The notes under the pieces were generated by a model. That model was not told the DNA's origin, searched no databases, and worked only from the letters and a program-made list of their open reading frames with translations. Source: Candidatus Oxydemutatoraceae bacterium (GTDB taxonomy: Bacteria; Pseudomonadota; Gammaproteobacteria; Poriferisulfidales; Oxydemutatoraceae). Taken from it: a stretch of DNA of 64,000 nucleotides. The position numbers and the translations under genes are program-made. The stretch covers positions 908,769-972,768 of the forward strand of contig OZ244779.1 in assembly GCA_965219575.1 (NCBI GenBank). Reading direction: 5' to 3'. Shown here one piece after another: positions 15,001 through 25,400 of this stretch (position 1 is its first letter; each line of letters opens with the position of its first letter).

Positions 15001-16440
15001 TCGTCGTATTGCCGGCACCGACCCCGACAATCTCAAGCGTGCGCACGGCACCAATGGTTGCGATAATCGTTGCGCTTGCAATCCTGCCGTCGTCGGTGTC
15101 GACGCTTATATCAAGGGTATCGTCGGTATTGGCATCGCCTAGCGTCAGTCTCAATTCGGTATTCGTGCCTTCCAACAGACTGACCGGTTGTTCGGGAATA
15201 TCGCTTAGCGTCGGCGGTGCGTTGACACGCACCGACAAAACCGCACTGTGGCTTAGCCTTCTGCTGTCCTCTGCGGTAAAGGTAATCGTTGCCACACCAC
15301 CTTGTTCGGCACTTAACACGAAGCGTACACTCGTATCGGTTGTTATATCGGCAACTTGTATCGGCATCACCGACACAATGGTTCGGCTCGACGACATAGC
15401 CGTCAATGTGACGCGATCACCGTTAACATAATTACTATCTGCGACCGAGACGACGATATGCGCCGTGCTATTGAGCGGTAGCGTTTGCGCTGTTGCAGGT
15501 GTCAGTGTAATCGCCGGGTCGGTGTTCGCTTCTACCTGCACCGCAAATTGTGCCGAGACCTGCGAGTTTGTCGCACCTCTGCCGTCGTTGACCGTCACCG
15601 TAATTGTCGTATTGCCGGCACCGACCCCGACAATCTCAAGCGTGCGAATGTCACCGGTGGTTGCGATAATCGTTGCATTTGCAATCATGCTGTCGTCGGT
15701 GTCGATGCTTATATCGAGGGTATCGTCGGCATTGGCATCGGCTAGCGTCAATTCCAATTCGGTATTCATACCTTCCAACAGCCTGAGCGGTTGCTCGGGA
15801 ATACCGCTCAGCGTCGGCGGTGCGTTGACACGCACCGACAGGTCGGCACTGTGGCTTAGCCCGTTGTTGTCCTCTGCGGTAAAGGTAATCGTTGCTACAC
15901 CACCTTGCTCGGCATTCAGCACGAAGCGTATACTCGTATCGGTCGTTATATTGTCAACTTGTATCGGCATCACCGACACGATGGTTCGGCTCGACGACAT
16001 GGCCGTTAATGTGACGCGATCACCGTTAACATAATTACTATCCGCGACCGAGACGACGATATGTGCCATGCTATTGAGCGGTAGCGTCCGTGCGGTTGAT
16101 GGTATCAGTGTAATCGTCGGGTCGGTGTTCGCTTCCACCTGCACCCACAAAACCGCACTGTGGCTTAGCCCTCTGCTGTCCTCTGCGGTAAAGGTAATCG
16201 TTGCCACACCACTTTGTTCGGCATTCAGTACGAAGCGTATACTCGTATCGGTTGTTATATCGGCAACTTGCATCGGCATCACCGATACAATGGTTCGGTT
16301 CGACGGCATTGCCGTCAATGTGACACGATCACCTCTACTATAATTACTATCCGCGACCGAGACGACGATATGCGCCGTGCTATTGAGCAGTAGCGTCTGC
16401 ACTGTTGAGGGTGTCAGTGTAATCGCCGGGTCGGTGTTTT
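1..16440 (-). repeat. Intragenic tandem array of ~27 units of 600/603 bp (200/201 aa, two ~100-aa Ig/cadherin-like domains A+B) plus one lone A domain
   Basis: The marker tcaag(c/t)gtgcg recurs about every 600-603 bp from ~1 to ~15640. Each unit encodes e.g. NIAPTITLTP...VVSVADSN...VATITFTAED (A) and VRANAPPTLSGIPEQP...TITVTVNDGRGVANSQVSAQFAVQV (B). Confidence 0.95.
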
Positions 16441-19400
16441 CTGAGATTGGCACCAACCGCTGACCGGGCAATAAGCTACCACAACGCGGCAACGGTGTTA
16501 GCACATCGGCATCGCAGGCATCAACACCGGCAACCTCGTTATACAGCAATGCCGGATATTGCTCGGTGGTGCCGAAATCCCAATCGTCGGTACTCCATTG
16601 GTAATAAACATCGTTTGCCACTACCCCCGGTGCAGTCGGCATCTGCAACTGGGCGGTAGTCCGACCGGTGCCGCCTCCCGGAGAAGCCGTTTGCTCACTC
16701 GTATCGGTATCCCAGTAGCTAGCGGTTACCGGTGGGTTGGATGAGTGTCTACTGGAGATTAGACCGCCGATATTAACATTACTTGAATCGGCTGTCACTC
16801 TGACGGTCGAATAGGTGTTTGTAACGCTCGGATTCGTGCCCGTCCATAATATAGCGATCAGACCCCCCACGCCTCGGCGATTATTAATGTCATTAGAAGT
16901 TATATGTGCAGAACCCATGGCATAACTATTCCTAATAGTCCCTTGATTCTCAGCCACTAAGCCACTGATTGCCCTTGCGCCGCTAGCCATGACCTCGGCA
17001 TAGCTATTGATAATTCTGCCACGCGCATTGACGCCACAGATACCGGCTGCCCAACTAAAACCTAACACAGTGCCACGCACATAACTGTTGATGATTAACC
17101 CGGAGCTTACGCCGACTAAAAGACCAACAACATTTCCTACCCCCTCGACACGGCTTTCAATCACATGGGCATTGATTAGATTACCCTCGTTGCGACCGAC
17201 CAGCCCACCGGTCCTGAAATTACCTTCTACTTCTATTTCTCGCAAACCGAAATTGCGAATGGTGCCGGTATTGCCGGAAAACATGCCGATCTCGTTAGCA
17301 CTGTCTCTATTGATTTGTAGATTGGAAATACGATAGCCGTTACCTTCGAAAATACCGGCAAAACAATCACTACTCGCATCGCTACAATTATTGTTGGCAA
17401 CAGAACCGATAGGATCCCAACCGCTGTCGTTGGTGGCGGCAAAATTATCAACCGTCCACATCGCACTATGCGTCGCTATATCTACATAGCTCGGGGTGCT
17501 TGCAAAATCCAAATCTCTACGCAGTTCATAACCCATACAGGTCTCGCTACCGCCGACCAACCGGCAACCTCGGGTGATATCGGTTGTCCCATAGCCACTG
17601 CCGTCGGTTTGATGACGCACCGCATCCAAGTCTTCCAAATAGTAAATATCTATCAAACCGTCGTCGTCATCGTCTATATCGATTCTATTTCTATACGGAC
17701 CTAATATGCTAGTAAAACCGTTCCCTTGCACATCGATAGACATCACCTGCACACGATAAAAGGTGCCACCGTTGTCTCGTGTCGGGATGCTAAACATCGC
17801 CGAGGTCTGATCGTCTATCGTCGTCCATTCGGCCTCCCCGGCATTGCGTCGTTGCCAAGTATAACTATCGATCGTGCCGTCGCCGTCGGCATCGCTTTCC
17901 GGCACGACGGCAATGCTTATTGACGATACGGTCACCGTCTCGGTAAAGCTCGGTACACCGTTGTCGACTTTGGCGATGGTCACCGTCCGGGTCGCACTAC
18001 TACTTGTCAAACCATCTCCGACGGTCAGTGTGATTTCCACATCCTTATCGGTAGCATCACGAGATACAAAATCAGTAGGCACATTGAAACTTAAAGTGGC
18101 AGTGGTTCGGTCTTGTACGGCTAGAAAAGCCGCCGGGTCCGAAGTCCATTGATAACTATAATTATTGGTATCGCCCCCCATAACTGCTGCACTTAGACTA
18201 ATGGCATCCCCTTCGGATACCCTGTCGGGAGCAATTATCTCTTCTAGTACGACCCGATCTACAGTGTTAGTGACAATGATGCTATAAGTGACCGAACTGG
18301 TGTCTCCGGGGTCGGTTCCGACGACGATTTCTAGGGTCAATGTGTTCTCCGGAAAAGGGATCGGCAGGCTCCGCTCGCCACTGCGCCTGTCCATAAAATA
18401 GTCGGTGTTCCGATCCGATGCTCTAAAGACCGAAATCGTTGCAGTGTTGTTTAGAGCATACGGTATTAGTTCAATCTCGGTGCCGAGACTGGGAATTTTT
18501 ATATCGTAGTCAAACACCACCGGTGAAAAAGGCAAGTCGGCGAATACTTCGGCATTATCGCGCTGCACGCCGTCTGTTACAAAAAACAAAATACTCAAAC
18601 CTTTATCGCTACCGGTTTGACCCGATAACACCGCACCGCAAGGCGGCAGTGGCGTGTCGGGGTTCACATCGCAGGCCGGGTTGTCGCTGTCGTCGCCTCC
18701 GGCATAGCGCAATGCAGCATAAGTCCGAGAGGTGCCGAAATCCCAATCGTCGCTACTCCAGTTGGCATAGATGCTCATTACAGCATTTTGATTGGTCGGC
18801 ATCTGCAACTGGGCGGTAGTCAGACCGCTGCCACCGACACTTCCCATTCTTCCGCTCGTCACGATGTCCCAGTAGCTATCACGCACGGTTATATTCCCTG
18901 ATCCGATCAAACCCCCGCCATTGGTATTTCTGACCTCGGCGGTGGAATAACTGTTGCTAACCATAGAAGATATGCCGGATGACGCACCGATAAGACCCCC
19001 TGTGGCGCTTTGATTAGCCAAATTAGCAGCACTCCCTATCGCATAACTATTGATGACTTGCGAAGATCCTTTACTGAATCCTACTAGACTCCCTATAAAA
19101 GTGGCTAAGCCCGAAACATCGGTATTGGCATAACTATTGATAATTGTGCCGCTGTTTTCGCCAATGAAGCCACCAACATTAAAATCACCCGATACAGTAC
19201 CTTGCGCATAACTGTTGATAATTAACCCGCTGTTGAGACTAGCTAAAAGACCTGCAAAGTTATTCCTCCCTGTAATCAAACTATCTCCATCCACATAGAC
19301 ATTCATGAGCCTACCTTCATTCCTACCCACTAGGCCGCCAACTCTAGAATTACCTTCTACTCGTATTTCCGACAACCTGAAATTACCAATGGTACCGGTA

Positions 19401-22400
19401 TTGCCGGCAAACATAGCGATATCGTTATGAGCGTTTCTATTGATTTGTAGATTGGAAATGCTATAGCCGTTGCCTTCGAAAACACCGGCAAAACAATCAC
19501 TACTCGCATCGCTACAACTGTTGTTGGCAACAGAACCGATAGGATCCCAACCGCTGTCGTTGGTGGCGGCAAAATTATCAACCGTCCACATCGCACTATG
19601 CGTCGCTGTATCTACATAGCTCGGGGTGCTTGCAAAATCCAAATCTCTACGCAGTTCATAACCCATACAGGTCTCGCTACCGCCGACCGATGGGCAACCT
19701 CGGGTGATATCGGTTATCCCATAGCCACTGCCGTCGGTTTGATGACGCACCGCATCCAAGTCTTCCAAATAGTAAATATCTATCAAACCGTCGTCGTCAT
19801 CGTCTATATCGATTCTATTTCTATACGGACCTAATATGCTAGTAAAACCGTTCCCTTGCACATCGGTAGACATCACCTGCACACGATACAGGGTGCCACC
19901 GTTGTCTCGTGTCGGGATGCTAAACATTGCCGATGTCTGACCGCCTATCGTCGTCCATTCGGCCTCCCCGGCACTGCGTCGTTGCCAAGTATAACTATCG
20001 ATCGTGCCGTCGCCGTCGGCATCGCTTCCCGGCACGACGGCAATGCTTATTGACGATACGGTCACCGTCTCGGTAAAGCTCGGTACACCGTTGTCGACTT
20101 TGGCGATGTTCACCGTCCGGGTCGCACTACTACTTGTCAGACCATCTCCGACGGTCAGTGTGATTTCCACATCCTTATCGGTAGCATCACGAGATACAAA
20201 ATCAGTAGGCACATTGAAACTTAAAGTGGCAGTGGTTCGGTCTTGTACGGCTAGAAAAGCCGCCGGGTCCGAGGTCCATTGATAACTATAATTATTGGTA
20301 TCGCCCCCCATAACTGCTGCACTTAGACTAATGGCATCCCCTTCGGACACCTTGTCGGGAGCAATTATCTCTTCTAGTACGACCCGATCTACAGTGTTAG
20401 TGACAATGATGCTATAAGTGACCGAACTGGTGTCTTTGGGGTCGGTCCCGACGACGATTTCTAGGGTCAATGTGTTCTCCGGAAAAGGGATCGGCAGGCT
20501 CCGCTCGCCACTGCGCTTGTCCATAAAATAGTCGGTGTTCCGATCCGATGCTCTAAAGACCGAAATCGTTGCAGTGTTGTTTAGAGCATACGGTATTAGT
20601 TCAATCTCGGTGCCGAGACTGGGAATTTTTATATCGTAGTCAAACACCACCGGTGAAAAAGGCAAGTCGGCGAATACTTCGGCATTATCGCGCTGCACGC
20701 CGTCTGTTACAAAAAACAAAATACTCAAACCTTTATCGCTACCGGTTTGACCCGATAACACCGCACCGCAAGGCGGCAGTGGCGTGTCGGGGTTCACATC
20801 GCAGGCCGGGTTGTCGCTGTCGTCGCCTCCGGCATAGCGCAATGCAGCATAAGTCCGAGAGGTGCCGAAATCCCAATCGTCGCTACTCCAGTTGGCATAG
20901 ATGCTCATTACAGCATTTTGATTGGTCGGCATCTGCAACTGGGCGGTAGTCAGACCGCTGCCACCGACACTTCTCATTATTCCGCTCGTCACGATGTCCC
21001 AGTAGCTATCACGCACGGTTATATTCCCTGAGCCGATCAACCCCCCGCCATTGGTATTTCTGACCTCGGCGGTGGAATAACTGTTGCTAACCATAGAAGA
21101 TATGCCGGATGACGCACCAATAAGACCCCCTGTGGCGCTTTGATTAGCCAAATTAGCAGCACTCCCTGTCGCATAACTATTGATGACTTGCGAAGATCCT
21201 TTACTGAATCCTACTAGACTCCCTATAAAAGTGCCTAAGCCCGAAACATCGGTATTGGCATAGCTATTGATAATTGTGCCGCTGTTTTCGCCAATGAAGC
21301 CACCAACATTAAAATCACCCGATACAGTACCTTGCGCATAACTGTTGATAATTAACCCGCTGTTGAGACTAGCTAAAAGACCTGCAAAGTTATTCCTCCC
21401 TGTAATCAAACTATCTCCATCCACATAGACATTCATGAGCCTACCTTCATTCCTACTCACTAGGCCGCCAACTCTAGAATTACCTTCTACTCGTATTTCC
21501 GACAACCTGAAATTACCAATGGTACCGGTATTGCCGACAAACATAGCGATATCGTTAGCACTGTCTCTATTGATTTGCAAATTGGAAAGGCTATAGCCGT
21601 TGCCTTCGAAAACACCGGTAAAACAATCACTACTCGTATTGCTACAGTCATTGTTGGCAACAGAACCGATAGGATCCCAACCGCTGTCGTTGGTGGCGGC
21701 AAAATTATCAACCGTCCACATCGCACTATGCGTCGCTGTATCTACATAGCTCGGGGTGCTTGCAAAATCCAAATCTCTACGCAGTTCATAACCCATACAG
21801 GTCTCGCTACCGCCGACCGATGGGCAACCTCGGGTGATATCGGTTATCCCATAGCCACTGCCGTCGGTTTGATGACGCACCGCATCTAAGTCTTCCAAAT
21901 AGTAAATATCTATCAAACCGTCATCGTCATCGTCTATATCGGTTCTATTTCTATACGGACCTAATATGCTAGTAAAACCGTTCCCTTGCACATCGGTAGA
22001 CATCACCTGCACACGATACAGGGTGTCACCGTTATCTTCCGGCGGGATGCTAAACATTGCCGATGTCTGACCGCCTATCGTCGTCCATTCGGCCTCCCCG
22101 GCACTGCGTCGTTGCCAAGTATAACTATCGATCGTGCCGTCGCCGTCGGCATCGCTTTCCGGCACGACGGCAATGCTTATTGACGATACGGTCACCGTCT
22201 CGGTAAAGCTCGGTACACCGTTGTCGACTTTGGCGATGGTCACCGTCCGGGTCGCACTACTACTTGTCAAACCATCTCCGACAGCCAGTGTGATTTTCAC
22301 ATCCTGATCGGTAGCATCACGAGATACAAAATCAGTAGGCACATTGAAACTTAAAGTAGCAGTGGTTCGGTCTTGTACGGCTAGAAAAGCCGCCGGGTCC

Positions 22401-25400
22401 GAGGTCCATTGATAACTATAATTATTGGTATCGCCCCCCATAACTGCTGCACTTAGACTAATGGCATCCCCTTCGGACACCTTGTCGGGAGCAATTATCT
22501 CTTCTAGTACGACCCGATCTACAGTGTTAGTGACAATGATGCTATAAGTGACCGAACTGGTGTCTTTGGGGTCGGTCCCGACGACGATTTCTAGGGTCAA
22601 TGTGTTCTCCGGAAAAGGGATCGGCAGGCTCCGCTCGCCACTGCGCTTGTCCATAAAATAGTCGGTGTTCCGATCCGATGCTCTAAAGACCGAAATCGTT
22701 GCAGTGTTGTTTAGAGCATACGGTATTAGTTCAATCTCGGTGCCGAGACTGGGAATTTTTATATCGTAGTCAAACACCACCGGTGAAAAAGGCAAGTCGG
22801 CGAATACTTCGGCATTATCGCGCTGCACGCCGTCTGTTACAAAAAACAAAATACTCAAACCTTTATCGCTACCGGTTTGACCCGATAACACCGCACCGCA
22901 AGGCGGCAGTGGCGTGTCGGGGTTCACATCGCAGGCCGGGTTGTCGCTGTCGTCGCCTCCGGCATAGCGCAATGCAGCATAAGTCCGAGAGGTGCCGAAA
23001 TCCCAATCGTCGCTACTCCAGTTGGCATAGATGCTCATTACAGCATTTTGATTGGTCGGCATCTGCAACTGGGCGGTAGTCAGACCGCTGCCACCGACAC
23101 TTCCCATTCTTCCGCTCGTCACGATGTCCCAGTAGCTATCACGCACGGTTATATTCCCTGATCCGATCAAACCCCCGCCATTGGTATTTCTGACCTCGGC
23201 GGTGGAATAACTGTTGCTAACCATAGAAGATATGCCGGATGACGCACCGATAAGACCCCCTGTGGCGCTTTGATTAGCCAAATTAGCAGCACTCCCTATC
23301 GCATAACTATTGATGACTTGCGAAGATCCTTTACTGAATCCTACTAGACTCCCTATAAAAGTGCCTAAGCCCGAAACATCGGTATTGGCATAACTATTGA
23401 TAATTGTGCCGCTGTTTTCGCCAATGAAGCCACCAACATTAAAATCACCTGATACAGTACCTTGCGCATAACTGTTGATAATTAACCCGCTGTTGAGACT
23501 AGCTAAAAGACCTGCAAAGTTATTCCTCCCTGTAATCAAACTATCTCCATCCACATAGACATTCATGAGCCTACCTTCATTCCTACCCACTAGGCCGCCA
23601 ACTCTAGAATTACCTTCTACTCGTATTTCCGACAACCTGAAATTACCAATGGTACCGGTATTGCCGGCAAACATAGCGATATCGTTAGCACTGTCTCTAT
23701 TGATTTGCAGATTGGAAATACTATAGCCGTTGCCTTCGAAAACACCGGTAAAACAATCACTACTCGTATTGCTACAGTCATTGTTGGCAACAGAACCGAT
23801 AGGCGACCAGCCTGATTTCGCAGTAGCCCTAAAATCATCGTCGCTAAGCACCCAATCGTCGTTGACCACACCCGAGATATAACTTTGCGTCATCGTAAAG
23901 CCTAAATCCCTAACTAACTCATAACCGTTGCAGCCGGTGTTAGGGCAACCGCTAGTGATTTTGGTCGCACTAGTGCTTGGTCTATAACCGCTGCCATCCA
24001 ACTGGTAGCGGATCGCATTCAAGTCCTCCAGATAATAAACATCTATCAAGCGGTCGTCGTCGCTGTCCACATCTATAGGAAACGGACCTACCTGATAGGT
24101 ATCGACGTATCCCTGGTCATCGGTATGGTTCACAATAACACGATAGCGGGTCGTACTCGTAGAATTGTCCGACACCGTATAGGAATTGGTAACCGAAATA
24201 TCGCTCCAATCACTATCGCCCTCATCTCGTCGTTGCCACTGATAGCTAAATGTTCCGACACCATCTGGATCATCGGTAACGGAAATGATGCGCAATACAG
24301 TGGGGCTGACATTGAGTTCTAGTTGTGGCGCACCATTATTCTCTTTGCTAACGGTTAGCATAAGTGCTCCGGAGGCTATCTCAAAACCATCGTCAACCGT
24401 TATCGTATAGACGATACTTTGTGTCGTTTTGTCGGCTGCTACAAAGTCGGGTGGTATAACAACACTAAAAGTTTCGGTGACAGTCGTGCTTTGCCTTTGC
24501 TCAAGCACCGTATCGCCCTGTTGCAACCAATACGCATAGTTCTCGCTATCACCGTCAATCTTAACCGTTAAGTTGACTGGTTGCTTCTCATCGACGATAC
24601 TGCCGGCTACGGGGGTACTATCAAAGCGCATAATATCCAGCCGATCCTCGGGACCTACCTCTATGTTCAACGTATAAGTGACATCCCTCACTGTAATTGT
24701 CACAACTTCGGTCGTATCCGCTTGCAACGTGATGTCATTGCTTAACTCGCCGCTACGCTTAGCGGCAAAGTGGTCGGCATCTTCGGTATCATTTTCTTTG
24801 GTAATTGAAATCGTCTCGGTACTGTTGATAGCATACGGTCTTAATTGAAGCTTCGTAGTAGACGGCATTTTTATATCGTAGTCAAACACCACCGGCGAAA
24901 AAGGCTGATCGGCGAATACTCTGGCATTATTGCGCTGCACACGGTCTGTTACGAAAAACAGAATACTCAGACCTTGATTACGAATAGTCTGACCCGATAA
25001 CACCGCACCGCAAGGCGGCAGTGACGTGCCGGGGTCTACATCGCAGGCCGGGTTGTCGCTGTCGTCGCCTCTAGCATAGCGCAATGCAGCATAAGTCCGA
25101 GAGGTGCCGAAATCCCAATCGTCGCTACTCCAATTCGCATAGATGCCCATTGCAGCATTTTGATTGGTCGGCATTTGCAGCTGGGCAGTAGTCAGACCGG
25201 TGCCACCGGCACTTGTCGTTTTTCCACTCGTCATGATGTTCCAGTAGCTATCAATTATCGATGAATCACTATCTCTTTCACCAATCAAACCACCTCCGGC
25301 AGTACTTCTAACTTCGGCGATGGAATAACTGTTGCTAACTCTTATGCGTGCATTGTCAATGTCACCGATAAGACCTCCTACACTGCCCCAATTTTCAGTA

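Noticed and set aside
6-16343. Long plus-strand ORFs (up to 988 aa) rich in V/S/T/A/C, and the short R/H/C-rich ORFs
   Set aside because: Antisense shadows of the repetitive minus-strand giant gene. They break at arbitrary points, while the minus frame stays open and is homologous to genes 2 and 3.
1-23803. CRISPR array or diversity-generating retroelement as the explanation for the repeats
   Set aside because: Units are 600 or 2130 bp and coding, with no short repeat/unique spacer pattern. Variation did not look adenine-specific, and no cas or reverse transcriptase gene is in the window.
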